Notes: generated by a model not told the origin, from the letters alone. Counted from the first letter of the stretch, positions 17,759 to 27,800 are shown. The stretch is 64,000 nt of DNA from Comamonadaceae bacterium (GCA_947452785.1 CANGDZ010000008.1:1069-65068), one strand, 5' to 3'. Numbers and translations: made by a program.

Positions 17759-18882
17759 ACGCACCTCACGCCCTTACACCCGTGGCCATCTCCCCTGTCG
17801 AAGACATCGTCGCCGAGATGCGCGCTGGCCGCATGGTCATTTTGGTGGACGAAGAAGACCGCGAAAACGAAGGCGACTTGGTGTTGGCCTCAGACCATGT
17901 CACGCCAGAAGCCATCAACTTCATGGCCCGCTTTGGCCGTGGACTGATCTGCCTGACCTTGACGCGTGAGCGCTGCGAATTCTTGAAGCTGCCGCCCATG
18001 GCGGCGCGCAATGGCACCGTCTACAGCACCGCCTTCACCATCTCCATTGAAGCCGCCGAAGGCGTGACCACCGGCATATCAGCCGCCGATCGCGCACGCA
18101 CAGTGCAAGCCGCCGTGGCCGCCAGCAGCCTGCCCACTGACCTGGTGCAGCCCGGCCACATCTTTCCGCTGCAAGCGGTAGACGGCGGCGTGCTGATGCG
18201 CGCCGGCCACACCGAAGCCGGTTGTGACCTGGCCGCCATGGCCGGTTGCAGCGCCTCGTCGGTGATCTGCGAGATCATGAAAGACGACGGCACCATGGCC
18301 CGCCTGCCCGACTTGCAACTGTTTGCCGCCGAACACGGTTTGAAGATCGGTACCATCGCCGACCTGATCGAACACCGCAGCCGCAACGAGTCGTTGGTGC
18401 AAAAAGTCAGTACACGCACCATGCAAACCGCGCACGGTGAATTCACCGCACACGCCTTTCGCGATGAGCCCAGCCAAGCCCTGCACCTGGCCTTGGTCAA
18501 AGGCAGTTGGACGCCCGACGCCGAGGTGCCGGTGCGGGTGCATGAACCGCTGTCGGTGCTCGACGCCATGGAGGTGAATCGTTCCATGCACTCTTGGAGC
18601 CTGGACGCCAGCCTGCAGTACCTGAATGCGCAAGGCTGTGGCGTGGCCGTGTTGCTCAACTGCGGTGAATCGGCCGACCAGTTGATGGCCCAATTTGAAG
18701 GCCGCGCCCGTTCGGCCCAAGCGCCCGAACGCGGCAAGATGGACTTGCGCACCTATGGCGTGGGCGCACAAATCTTGCGCGAATGCGGCGTACACAAAAT
18801 GAAACTCATGGGCAACCCCCGACGCATGCCCAGCATGACCGGCTACGGTCTCGAAATCACCGCTTACATCCCCAAGGAATAA
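17755..18882 (+). CDS. ribBA: bifunctional 3,4-dihydroxy-2-butanone-4-phosphate synthase / GTP cyclohydrolase II-like protein
   Basis: 375 aa. DHBP synthase motifs ([19 protein letters not shown]). ATGA overlap with ribE. Confidence 0.95.
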   Translation: MNAPHALTPVAISPVEDIVAEMRAGRMVILVDEEDRENEGDLVLASDHVTPEAINFMARFGRGLICLTLTRERCEFLKLPPMAARNGTVYSTAFTISIEAAEGVTTGISAADRARTVQAAVAASSLPTDLVQPGHIFPLQAVDGGVLMRAGHTEAGCDLAAMAGCSASSVICEIMKDDGTMARLPDLQLFAAEHGLKIGTIADLIEHRSRNESLVQKVSTRTMQTAHGEFTAHAFRDEPSQALHLALVKGSWTPDAEVPVRVHEPLSVLDAMEVNRSMHSWSLDASLQYLNAQGCGVAVLLNCGESADQLMAQFEGRARSAQAPERGKMDLRTYGVGAQILRECGVHKMKLMGNPRRMPSMTGYGLEITAYIPKE

Positions 18883-18884
18883 AC

Positions 18885-19409
18885 ATGCAAAACGCCAACC
18901 AAGGTATCGCGCAAGAACTGGACGGCCAGTTCCTGCACATCGGCATTGTGCAGGCCCGCTTCAACGAAGACGTGACCAACGCATTGGCTGTGGCCTGCAT
19001 CCAAGAACTCGAAGCCTTGGGCGTGAGCCAGATCGACCATGTGACCGTGCCCGGCGCCCTGGAAGTGCCTTTGGCCCTGCAGGCCATGGCCGAGCGCGCC
19101 GAGTACGACGCCTTGATCGCGCTGGGCTGCATCATCCGCGGTGAGACCTACCACTTTGAGCTGGTGGCCAACGAGTCGGGCGCCGGCGTCAGCCGCATCG
19201 CCTTGGACTACAACTTGCCGATTGCCAACGCGATTTTGACCACCGAAGACATGGCCCAAGCCGTGGCGCGCCAAACCGACAAAGGCCGCGATGCCGCCCG
19301 CGTGGCCGTGGAAATGGCCATGTTGATGGAAGACCTCTCAGGCGATTTGGCCGATAGCTTGGACGATGATGACGGCGTAGACGGTGAAGTCGACAAGGAC
19401 CTGGCATGA
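18885..19409 (+). CDS. ribH: 6,7-dimethyl-8-ribityllumazine synthase
   Basis: Start re-set to ATG 18885 (MQNANQG...; the track begins inside ribBA). Typical VPGALEVP and [12 protein letters not shown] motifs. Unusually acidic C-terminal tail about 25 aa long ([25 protein letters not shown]). Confidence 0.95.
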   Translation: MQNANQGIAQELDGQFLHIGIVQARFNEDVTNALAVACIQELEALGVSQIDHVTVPGALEVPLALQAMAERAEYDALIALGCIIRGETYHFELVANESGAGVSRIALDYNLPIANAILTTEDMAQAVARQTDKGRDAARVAVEMAMLMEDLSGDLADSLDDDDGVDGEVDKDLA

Positions 19410-19996
19410 ACATCTCCGCCTCCATGACCCCCTCGGCAACTGATGCTCTGCCCGCCGACTTGAGCGCAAACCTGGCGGGTGCTGAAGTGCTGCCCGTGAA
19501 AGCACCCAAGCCTGGCATGACCAGCACGGGCGTGCGCAAGGCCTCGGCCAAATCCGCCCGCAGCCGCTCGCGTGAATTTGCCTTGCAAGCCCTGTACCAA
19601 AGCCTGGTCGGCCGCAATGAAGCCACAGACATCGACTTGTTCACCCGCGATCTCGCGGGCTTTCACAAGGCCGACGCGGCCCATTACGACGCCCTGCTTT
19701 ACGGCTGCACCGAACAGGCCACCGCGCTCGACGTCTTGATCTTGCCTTTTTTGGACCGCAAATTTGCCGAAATTTCTCCGGTCGAACACGCGGCCATGTG
19801 GATCGGCGTCTACGAAATGCAGCATTGCCCCGACGTGCCTTGGCGCGTGGTGCTGAACGAATGCATTGAGCTGGCCAAAGAATTTGGCGGCACCGACGGC
19901 CACAAATACGTCAATGCCGTGCTCGGCGGTTTGGCGCCTCAGTTGCGTCCGCTTGAAGTCGAAGCCGACCGCAAAGCAGGCCGCGCACGCATCTGA
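19406..19996 (+). CDS. nusB: transcription antitermination factor NusB
   Basis: Conserved core starts at [16 protein letters not shown] 19406 overlaps the ribH stop (ATGA) and gives an N-terminal extension of about 50 aa. An internal ATG (MTSTGVRK) would give a standard-length NusB. Confidence 0.9.
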   Translation: MNISASMTPSATDALPADLSANLAGAEVLPVKAPKPGMTSTGVRKASAKSARSRSREFALQALYQSLVGRNEATDIDLFTRDLAGFHKADAAHYDALLYGCTEQATALDVLILPFLDRKFAEISPVEHAAMWIGVYEMQHCPDVPWRVVLNECIELAKEFGGTDGHKYVNAVLGGLAPQLRPLEVEADRKAGRARI

Positions 19997-19997
19997 C

Positions 19998-21200
19998 ATG
20001 CAGCCCCACGCCATGCGCATCTCTGAACGTGCCCAGCGCATCGAGCCTTTTTATGTGATGGAAGTGGCCAAAGCCGCGCAGGCGATGGCGCGCGAGGTGG
20101 CCCACACCGACCGACCGATGATCTTTTTGAACATCGGCGAACCCGACTTCACCGCGCCCCCCTTGGTGCAAGCCGCGGCGACCCGCGCCATTGCGCAAGG
20201 CGCAACCCAATACACGCCCGCCTTGGGCCTGCAAGAGTTGCGCGAACGCATCAGTGCGTGGTACGCCTTGCGCTTTGAATTGGCCGTGCCGGCCAGTCGC
20301 ATCGTCGTCACCGCGGGCGCTTCGGCCGCGCTGCACCTGGCTTGCCTGGCCTTGATCGACCGGGGCGATGAGATCCTCACCCCCGACCCCAGCTACCCTT
20401 GCAACCGCCACTTTGTCAGCGCCGCAGACGGTACGGCGGTGCTGGTGCCGACCACGGCGGCCGAGCGCTTCCAGCTCACCGCCGAGAAAGTGGCCGCGCA
20501 CTGGACCGAGCGCACCCGGGGCGTGTTGCTGGCCTCGCCGTCCAACCCGACCGGCACCTCGATTCAACCCGATGAATTGCGCCGCATTCATGAGGTGGTG
20601 CAAGCGCGTGGCGGCATCACCCTGGTGGACGAAATCTATTTGGGCCTGAGCCACGACGAGGCCTTTGGCCACAGCGCGCTGGCCATCAGCGAGCAGATCA
20701 TCAGCGTCAACAGCTTCAGCAAATACTTTCACATGACCGGCTGGCGCTTGGGCTGGCTGGTGGTGCCCGAAGAACTCGTGCCGGTGATCGAGCGCTTGGC
20801 GCAAAACTTGTTCATCTGCCCCAGCACGGTGGCGCAGCAGGCCGCGCTGGCCTGCTTTGAACCCAAGAGCCTGTCCGTGTATGAAGAGCGGCGCGCGCAA
20901 TTCAAAGCCCGGCGCGACTATGTGATTCCGGCCTTGAACGCGCTGGGCCTTAACGTACCCGTGGTGCCCGATGGCGCTTTTTACGCCTGGGCCGATTGCT
21001 CTGCCGCCTGCCGAAAGTTGGGCCTCAAAGACAGTTGGGACTTTGCCTACGCCGCCATGCGCGAGGCCCATGTGGCCATCACGCCCGGGCGTGATTTTGG
21101 CGTGGCCGAGACCGCGCATTTTGTGCGCTTTTCCACAGCCAACTCGATGCACGAACTGCAAACCGCCATGGCGCGTTTGCGCACTTGGTTGCAGCCATGA
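19998..21200 (+). CDS. pyridoxal-phosphate-dependent aminotransferase (class I/II)
   Basis: About 400 aa. The segment NSFSKYFHMTGWRLGW contains the PLP lysine. Start re-set to ATG 19998, 1 nt after the nusB stop. Confidence 0.85.
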   Translation: MQPHAMRISERAQRIEPFYVMEVAKAAQAMAREVAHTDRPMIFLNIGEPDFTAPPLVQAAATRAIAQGATQYTPALGLQELRERISAWYALRFELAVPASRIVVTAGASAALHLACLALIDRGDEILTPDPSYPCNRHFVSAADGTAVLVPTTAAERFQLTAEKVAAHWTERTRGVLLASPSNPTGTSIQPDELRRIHEVVQARGGITLVDEIYLGLSHDEAFGHSALAISEQIISVNSFSKYFHMTGWRLGWLVVPEELVPVIERLAQNLFICPSTVAQQAALACFEPKSLSVYEERRAQFKARRDYVIPALNALGLNVPVVPDGAFYAWADCSAACRKLGLKDSWDFAYAAMREAHVAITPGRDFGVAETAHFVRFSTANSMHELQTAMARLRTWLQP

Positions 21201-21619
21201 CAGCTTCCACACCTTTTCAATTCCCGATCCGTATTTATTGGGAAGACACCGATGCTGGCGGCATCGTGTTCTACGCCAATTACCTGAAGTTTTTTGAACG
21301 TGCCCGCACCGAATGGCTGCGCGCTTTGGGCATTGAGCAGCAGGCCTTGAAAACCGAAGTCGGCGGCATGTTTGTGGTGAGCGAAACCAGCCTCAAATAC
21401 CACCGCCCGGCGCAGTTGGATGATTTGCTCACTGTGACCGCTGCACTGGCCGAAGCCGGTCGCGCCAGCTTAACGCTGCGCCAGCAAGCCTGGCGAGAAC
21501 AAACGGGCCAAGCGCCCCAGTTGCTGGCCGAAGGCACCATCCGCATCGGCTGGGTCGACAGCAGCACACTCAAACCCGGCCGCATTCCGGCCACGATTTT
21601 GAAAGCCCTCCAGTCATGA
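21197..21619 (+). CDS. ybgC: tol-pal-associated acyl-CoA thioesterase
   Basis: 4HBT-fold hotdog motif IRIYWEDTDAGGIVFYANYLKFFE. ATG 21197 overlaps the upstream stop (ATGA). The track start 21185 is a TTG. Confidence 0.85.
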   Translation: MTASTPFQFPIRIYWEDTDAGGIVFYANYLKFFERARTEWLRALGIEQQALKTEVGGMFVVSETSLKYHRPAQLDDLLTVTAALAEAGRASLTLRQQAWREQTGQAPQLLAEGTIRIGWVDSSTLKPGRIPATILKALQS

Positions 21620-22320
21620 ACCAAGACATGTCCATTGTTGCCCTGGTCTTGCACGCCAGCTTTGTGGTCCAGGTTGTGATGGTGATTTTGCTCACCATCT
21701 CGATCTCCAGTTGGTCGGCCATCATCCGCAAGCTGATGGCAATCAAGCACATCAAAGAACTCAATGAAGAGTTTGAACGCGTGTTTTGGTCGGGCACCAG
21801 CCTGAACGAGTTGTTTGCCGGCGCCAACCAGAACGCCAAACTCTCAGGCCCCATGGAACGTATTTTTGCCAGCGGCATGCGCGAGTACCAAAAACTGCGC
21901 GAGCGCCGCATCACCGATCCGGGCACCCTGATGGACGGCGCACGCCGCGCCATGCGCGCCAGCTTCCAACGCGAGATGGACTCGGCCGAATCGCAACTGG
22001 CCTTCTTGGCCACCGTGGGCTCGATCTCGCCCTACATTGGCTTGTTCGGCACGGTGTGGGGCATCATGCACGCCTTTACCGGCTTGGCCAGCTTGCAGCA
22101 AGTCACGCTGGCCACGGTGGCCCCCGGCATTGCCGAGGCTTTGGTGGCCACGGCCATCGGTTTGTTTGCCGCCATTCCCGCCGTGATCAGCTACAACCGC
22201 TTTGCCCACGATGTGGACCGCATCGCCATCAAGCTGGAAACTTTCATTGAAGAGTTCTCCAACATCCTGCAGCGCAATCTGGGCGCACAGCCTGCTGGTG
22301 CGTCGGCCTCGGGCCACTGA
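21616..22320 (+). CDS. tolQ: Tol-Pal system protein TolQ
   Basis: 234 aa. MotA/TolQ/ExbB channel family with three TM segments and conserved GLFGTVWGIM. Confidence 0.9.
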   Translation: MNQDMSIVALVLHASFVVQVVMVILLTISISSWSAIIRKLMAIKHIKELNEEFERVFWSGTSLNELFAGANQNAKLSGPMERIFASGMREYQKLRERRITDPGTLMDGARRAMRASFQREMDSAESQLAFLATVGSISPYIGLFGTVWGIMHAFTGLASLQQVTLATVAPGIAEALVATAIGLFAAIPAVISYNRFAHDVDRIAIKLETFIEEFSNILQRNLGAQPAGASASGH

Positions 22321-22332
22321 CAGGAGCAGTTC

Positions 22333-22761
22333 ATGGCATCCATGCATTCGCGCGGCCGCGGCCGCCGCACCATCAACGAAATCAACATGGTGCCCTTCAT
22401 CGATGTGATGTTGGTGCTGTTGATCATCTTCATGGTCACCGCGCCCATGATCACGCCCAGCATGGTCGACTTGCCCAGCGTGGGCAAAGCCGCCAAGCAA
22501 CCCGACAAAGTGGTGCAGGTGGTGATTCAAAAAGACGACAGCATTGAACTGATGAGCGACGGCAGCACGCACAAACAAACTTTGTCCAATCTGGCTGGGG
22601 CCGTGAAAGCCTCGATCGCCAACGCCACCGAGCCGGGCAACGCGGCGGTGGTGATCAGCGCCGACCGCAGCGTCAAATACGAAAGCGTGGTCAAAGTGAT
22701 GGACACCTTGCAGCGCGCAGGCGTTCAGCGCGTGGGTTTGTCGGTGCAACTGGCACCCTGA
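22333..22761 (+). CDS. tolR: Tol-Pal system protein TolR
   Basis: 142 aa. ExbD/TolR motif INMVPFIDVMLVLLIIFMV. Confidence 0.9.
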   Translation: MASMHSRGRGRRTINEINMVPFIDVMLVLLIIFMVTAPMITPSMVDLPSVGKAAKQPDKVVQVVIQKDDSIELMSDGSTHKQTLSNLAGAVKASIANATEPGNAAVVISADRSVKYESVVKVMDTLQRAGVQRVGLSVQLAP

Positions 22762-22768
22762 ACGGCCG

Positions 22769-23743
22769 ATGCAAGACGCCCATCGCATTGCCTTTCAACC
22801 GCCCAAGCCGGGCGGCACGGGGCGTTCTGTGGCGCTGGCGCTGCTGGCGCACGGCTTGCTGATGTTGGCCTTGACCTGGGGCATCCACTGGAACAGCGAG
22901 CCAAACAACCTGTCGGTCTCGGCCGAGTTGTGGTCGGCCCTGCCCCAAGAGGCAGCGCCCCCACTGCAAGAACCCGAGCCGCAAGACCCTCCGCCTACGC
23001 CTGCCCCTCCCCCACCAGAGCCAGTGCGGGTCAAAGCCGAGCCCAAGCCAACGCCCCCTGCGCCGCCTAAAGCCGCGGTGCAGCCCGATCGGGCGGATGC
23101 CGACATTGCTTTGCAAAAAGAGAAAGCGGTGCGGGAGAAAAAGGAACGCGAAGACAAGCTGTTGAAAGACAAAGAGCTCAAAGCCAAGGCTGAGAAACTC
23201 AAAGCAGAAAAACTCAAAGAACAACAAGAGCGCGAAGACAAAGAACGCGAGAAAAAAAAGCTGGCTGAAAAAGCCAATGCCGAAGAAAAAGCCAAGCAAC
23301 AGGCCGAAGACAAAAAGCGCGCCGAAGCGCAAGCGAAAAAAGACGCCCAAGCCAAGGCCGAAGCCGACAAGCGCAGCGAAGCCCAACGCCAAGAAAATAT
23401 CCGCCGCATGCAGGGCATGGCGGGCGCGACAGGCAGCGAAGACGCCAAGGGCACGGCGCTCAAATCGTCGGGCCCCTCGGCCAGTTACGCTGGTCGCATT
23501 CGCGCGCGCATCAAACCCAACATCACCTTCAACGACGACGTCGACGGCAACCCCAAAGCCGAAGTGGAAGTGCGCGTCGCGCCCGATGGCACCATTTTGA
23601 GCCGCAAGCTCACCCAAGCCAGCGGCAACAAAGCCTGGGACGACGCGGTACTCAAGGCCATCGACAAAACCGAAACCCTGCCACGCGACACCGATGGCCG
23701 GGTTCCCTCGGTGATGGTGATTAGCTTTCGCCCCAAAGACTAG
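22769..23743 (+). CDS. tolA: cell envelope integrity protein TolA
   Basis: N-terminal TM segment, Pro-rich linker, long Lys/Glu/Ala helical domain and a C-terminal TolA-III-like domain. Position after tolQR. Confidence 0.8.
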   Translation: MQDAHRIAFQPPKPGGTGRSVALALLAHGLLMLALTWGIHWNSEPNNLSVSAELWSALPQEAAPPLQEPEPQDPPPTPAPPPPEPVRVKAEPKPTPPAPPKAAVQPDRADADIALQKEKAVREKKEREDKLLKDKELKAKAEKLKAEKLKEQQEREDKEREKKKLAEKANAEEKAKQQAEDKKRAEAQAKKDAQAKAEADKRSEAQRQENIRRMQGMAGATGSEDAKGTALKSSGPSASYAGRIRARIKPNITFNDDVDGNPKAEVEVRVAPDGTILSRKLTQASGNKAWDDAVLKAIDKTETLPRDTDGRVPSVMVISFRPKD

Positions 23744-23752
23744 GACGACCCC

Positions 23753-24775
23753 ATGACACTGCGCACAGCTTGCCTGCACCATCCACTCTGGCCTCGTCGA
23801 CAGGCGTTGCGCCAGTCCCTGGGGCTGGCACTGGCCCTGGTTTGCATTACCGCAGCGGTACCCAGCTTGGCTGCTGACGCTTGGCCCACCAAGTCGCTGC
23901 GCATCATCGTGGGCTATGCCAGCGGCTCGTCCCCTGATGTGCAGGCGCGCTTGCTGGCCGAGCCTTTGTCGCGCGCCCTGGGCCAAGCGGTGGTGGTAGA
24001 GAACCGGCCGGGTGCCGGGGGCAATATCGGCGCAGACGTGATCGCCAAAGCAGAAGACGGCCACACCATCGGCCTGATTGGCAATGGCCCCTTGACCAGC
24101 TCGCCGTTTTTATACGCCAAATTGCCCTACAACCCGGCCACCGATTTCGCGCCGATTGCACTCATCGGCTCAGCGCCGCTGGTGTGGGTCACCGCCAAGT
24201 CCAGCACCGAGCGCAGCGTGGCCGCCAGCATCAGCCAACTCCAAAGTGAGGGCGACAAACAAGCCTATGGCTCTGTCGGCGCAGGCTCTGGCGGGCACTT
24301 GGGCATGGAGCTGATCAAACAGGCTTTGAGAATCCAGCCCCTGCACGTGCCGTTCAACGGCGGCCCCGCCATCCTCAACGCCATGCTTGGCGGACAGGTG
24401 CAAATGGCTTTGCTGCCCACCTCCACCGTCAACCCCTTGCTGCAAGCGGGCAAACTCGAAGCCCTTGCTGTCAGCTCCGCCCAGCGCTCGCCACTGGCGC
24501 CCACGCTGGCGTCGATGGAAGAGATTGGGGCCAGGGGTGTCAACATCGAGGTCTGGAATGCCGTGATGGCCCCGGCCCGCCTGCCGGCTGAGCACCAAGC
24601 GCGATTAAGTCACGAGCTGGAAAAAATTCTGACAACGCGCGACATGCGTCAAAAACTGTTTTTGCAAGGCTGGCGCGTCGACGATGTAAGCGCCAAGGGC
24701 CTGGCGCAGCGCATTCAACACGACACGCGCACCTACCGCGACATCATCGAACGCAACCACATCAAAATCGATTGA
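23753..24775 (+). CDS. Bug/TctC-family tripartite tricarboxylate transporter substrate-binding protein (copy 1)
   Basis: Signal peptide followed by the family signature WPTKSLRIIVGYASGSSPDVQARLLAE...ENRPGAGGNIG. Confidence 0.85.
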   Translation: MTLRTACLHHPLWPRRQALRQSLGLALALVCITAAVPSLAADAWPTKSLRIIVGYASGSSPDVQARLLAEPLSRALGQAVVVENRPGAGGNIGADVIAKAEDGHTIGLIGNGPLTSSPFLYAKLPYNPATDFAPIALIGSAPLVWVTAKSSTERSVAASISQLQSEGDKQAYGSVGAGSGGHLGMELIKQALRIQPLHVPFNGGPAILNAMLGGQVQMALLPTSTVNPLLQAGKLEALAVSSAQRSPLAPTLASMEEIGARGVNIEVWNAVMAPARLPAEHQARLSHELEKILTTRDMRQKLFLQGWRVDDVSAKGLAQRIQHDTRTYRDIIERNHIKID

Positions 24776-24857
24776 AACCCTGAAAGGCGACTGTGGGGTT
24801 CGCATGGCAGAATGATTTCAGTCTTGACCACCGCCCCCATTCAAACTCAACTCCGTC

Positions 24858-26822
24858 ATGCGTCATACTCCTCGCTCTCGCGCTCGGAAACACCAATGGA
24901 CCTACCAAATCCAGTTGCTGGCGCAGATCGAGTGGCGGTTTTTCAAGCTACATCGCCAGCTTTTGTGGTCCGCTGTGGTGGTGCTGCTGATTCCTGCGAT
25001 CTATCTGCTGATCTACCTGTATAGCGTGTGGGACCCTTCGGGCCGCGCCACAGCCTTGCCCGTGGGGCTGGTGAATCTGGACCAAGGCTTTAGCTACCGG
25101 GACAAAAATCTGAACATAGGCAACGAGGTCATGGCCCGGCTTCATGCCCAACAGCAATTCGGTTATCGAGCCCTGCAAAACGAACAACAGGCCAAGCAAC
25201 TGGTGCGGCAAGGCCAACTGGCCTTCACGCTGATCGTGCCCGCCGATTTCAGTGCCAATGCCCTGCCGGGCTTGCGCGACGGTCAAGGCCGCCTGGTGAT
25301 CTACACCTCAGCGGGCAACAACTACCAAAACTCCGTACTGGCATCGCAATTCGCAAGGGTGCTGGGCGAAGACGTCAACCGTACCCTCAATGAACAACGC
25401 TGGTCTTTGGTGCTCAGTGCCAGTGCAGGCTCCCAGCACAGTGTGGACCGGTTGCGGGAAGGTTTGAGTCAATTGAGCCTGGGTGCCAAAGAGCTGACGC
25501 AAGGCGCAACCCAAGCCGAAACAGCCAGCGCCAGCTTGCAACAGGGGGCCAGTCGATTGCAAGGTAACGTCCAACGCCTGGCCGACGGCGCACGCCAATT
25601 GGGCTCCGGCATTCGCGCCACCGAGGCGGGCTTGCCACCGGTGGACGATGTGCGCAGTCTGCGGATTGGCGCCGAAGCGCTGGCCGCAGGGCACCTGGAA
25701 TTGAACAAAGGCATGCAAGAGCTGCATTCGGCCAGCCAGCGGATGCTGAGCACGGTGGGCGCCTTCAAAACTGAACTTGGCAGTCAGTTGTTTGTACCCG
25801 AGCCCCTGAGTGAAGGCCTGGACAAATTGAATCAAGGAGTGGAACTGCTCGACAAGGGCTTGCAGCAAGCCCGTGAAGGTCAGGACAAACTCAGCCAAGG
25901 CTCGGCCTCGCTGAGTCAGAATATTCGGACCTTGACGCTGGGAGTCAGGGATTTACGACGTGGCATGCGCAGCATGACAGGAACCCTGCCTGAGGATCAA
26001 CAATTGGACCAACTGCGCTCAGGTTCGGCCGAATTGTCGCAAGGCGCGCAACAGTTGCACGAAGGTTTGCACCGGCTCAGTCAAGGCGCGCGCTATTTGT
26101 CTGCGGGCCTGGAGTTGATGTCCAAAGAAGTGCCTCGTTCCGTGGGTGCCATGGACGGCAGCGCACAAGGCCTAGCGCACTCCGTGAACCCCATCCTTGA
26201 AATCGAGGCACCCGTGGCCAACCATGGCAGTGGTCTGGCCGCCAACATCATTGCCGCAGCCCTCTGGTTGGGCGCCGGGGTGGCGGCCTTTCTGATCCAT
26301 GTGCGGGGACTCCCCTGCGTGGCCAAAGAGTTTTCGCGGCCGTCGCAAGTCGTGGGCAAGTTGCTCGTACCGTCCTGTATGGCCTTGCTGCAAGCGGGTT
26401 TGATTTTTTTGATTGCGCGCGATCTGCTGGGAATCACCCTGCGCCACCCCACAGCCATGGCTTTAACCTTGGCCTGCGCCTCATTGACCTTTGTGTTCAT
26501 TGTGTTTGCCATGACCCGAGCGCTGGGGGATGCCGGCAAAGCCCTGGCCATGCTGTTTCTGGCCATTCAGATTTCAGCCTCGGGCGGCTTTTTGCCGGTG
26601 GAATTGAGCGGCAGCCTGTATGCGCAAATCAGTCCTTGGCTACCGATGACTTGGGTCGTCAAAGGTTTGAAGGCCTGCATGTTTGGCGCCTACGAAGACA
26701 ACTGGCAAGCCCCCTTCTGGATCACCACGCTGTGGGGCTTGGCCGCCCTGACGCTCACTTGTTTTGTGGGTCGCTGGCGCTACACCCCATCACGGCGCAT
26801 GCAGCCCGCCATGGACTTTTAA
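24858..26822 (+). CDS. YhgE/Pip domain membrane protein
   Basis: 654 aa. One N-terminal TM segment. Large central domain of degenerate L-x-x-G-x-x-x-L helical repeats (LSLGAKELTQGATQ..., LNKGMQELHSA..., LNQGVELLDKGLQQ..., LSQGAQQLHEGLHRLSQGARYL). C-terminal multi-TM ABC-2-like domain. Confidence 0.7.
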   Translation: MRHTPRSRARKHQWTYQIQLLAQIEWRFFKLHRQLLWSAVVVLLIPAIYLLIYLYSVWDPSGRATALPVGLVNLDQGFSYRDKNLNIGNEVMARLHAQQQFGYRALQNEQQAKQLVRQGQLAFTLIVPADFSANALPGLRDGQGRLVIYTSAGNNYQNSVLASQFARVLGEDVNRTLNEQRWSLVLSASAGSQHSVDRLREGLSQLSLGAKELTQGATQAETASASLQQGASRLQGNVQRLADGARQLGSGIRATEAGLPPVDDVRSLRIGAEALAAGHLELNKGMQELHSASQRMLSTVGAFKTELGSQLFVPEPLSEGLDKLNQGVELLDKGLQQAREGQDKLSQGSASLSQNIRTLTLGVRDLRRGMRSMTGTLPEDQQLDQLRSGSAELSQGAQQLHEGLHRLSQGARYLSAGLELMSKEVPRSVGAMDGSAQGLAHSVNPILEIEAPVANHGSGLAANIIAAALWLGAGVAAFLIHVRGLPCVAKEFSRPSQVVGKLLVPSCMALLQAGLIFLIARDLLGITLRHPTAMALTLACASLTFVFIVFAMTRALGDAGKALAMLFLAIQISASGGFLPVELSGSLYAQISPWLPMTWVVKGLKACMFGAYEDNWQAPFWITTLWGLAALTLTCFVGRWRYTPSRRMQPAMDF

Positions 26823-26855
26823 GGCTGAACGCCATCCCCTAGGGCTCGGTGCATT

Positions 26856-27800
26856 TCAAACATACTGAGACAGCCCCACTTTTTGCAATATGGCCTTCAT
26901 GGCCAACACCGAACTGGAAAGAACACGACCGCTCTGGGTGATCAAACCAAAACCCTGCATTTGCAAAGACAGCATCTCTGTCAAACAAGACAGGGGCTTG
27001 CACTCACAGGCATGAGCCACTTCATCGGTCAACACCGCCAGCATATCGGTCTGGCTGAGCAAACGGCGGATCGTGTCCAGATCCTGGGTCTCCACCAGCT
27101 TGGGCGGTGGCAACAATTTTTGCTGCACAAACAGTGAATCGAACTTGACGCGCAACAAACTGCCTTGCGGTGGGATGATCCATGAGGCTTGTGTCAGCTC
27201 ACTCCAGCTCACTTTTTGACGACGCTGCCAAGGGTGCGCTCGCCGCGCCACCACCTGCACCGGTTGCCCTTGAACCAGTTCCTCATAATGAAAGTGCCGT
27301 GCCTCTGTGCCGCTGGACATCCGGCCCACCACAATGTCCAACTCATCACGTTGCAGTTTGGCCATCAAGGCCGGACTCGAATCCACCGTGAGGTTGATGC
27401 TGGCATGAGCGTACTGGGATTGAAACTCGACGATGGCGCGTGGCACCATGGACAGGGCCGGCGCTTTGATGGAGCCGATCGCGATCTGACTGTCAGCTTG
27501 CCCGCGAAGGCTCGCGATCTCGTCGCCCACTTGATTGAGTTCACTCAGCACATTGCGGGCATGCCGAATCACCATAGCCCCGCAAGCGGTGGCTTCGACC
27601 CCACGGGGAAAACGATTAAACAAAGGTAAGCCCCACAAGGCCTCCAACTCGGCCAGCATTTTGGAGGCCGCAGGTTGGGTCATGCTCAAAGCATCAGCGG
27701 CCCGCTGCAAACTGGAATGGTCGTCCATGGCCACCAGCAAGGCCAAGGACCTCAGTTTGAGACGGTGTCGAATAAACCAATGGGATGAGGAATAAAGCAT
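26856..27800 (-). CDS. LysR-family transcriptional regulator
   Basis: HTH region LRSLALLVAMDDHSSLQRAADALSMTQPAASKMLAELE. Start re-set to ATG 27800 (AGGA 8 nt upstream). The track extends to 27860. Confidence 0.85.
   Translation of the reverse strand: MLYSSSHWFIRHRLKLRSLALLVAMDDHSSLQRAADALSMTQPAASKMLAELEALWGLPLFNRFPRGVEATACGAMVIRHARNVLSELNQVGDEIASLRGQADSQIAIGSIKAPALSMVPRAIVEFQSQYAHASINLTVDSSPALMAKLQRDELDIVVGRMSSGTEARHFHYEELVQGQPVQVVARRAHPWQRRQKVSWSELTQASWIIPPQGSLLRVKFDSLFVQQKLLPPPKLVETQDLDTIRRLLSQTDMLAVLTDEVAHACECKPLSCLTEMLSLQMQGFGLITQSGRVLSSSVLAMKAILQKVGLSQYV

Noticed and set aside
19911-21212. 433-aa minus-strand ORF
   Set aside because: It is antisense to the well-supported aminotransferase gene. 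Its low-complexity Arg/Gly/Ala-rich translation marks it as a shadow ORF.
22950-23460. Repetitive DNA in tolA as a tandem-repeat or CRISPR-like feature
   Set aside because: The repetitiveness is at the codon level (AAA/GAA/GCC runs encoding the Lys/Glu/Ala helix normal for TolA domain II). There are no regularly spaced identical repeats.
22691-24064. 457-aa minus-strand ORF across tolA and the first Bug gene
   Set aside because: It is antisense to two genes that have clear family signatures. Its translation is dominated by the Phe/Leu/Gly repeats that mirror the TolA Lys/Glu/Ala repeats.
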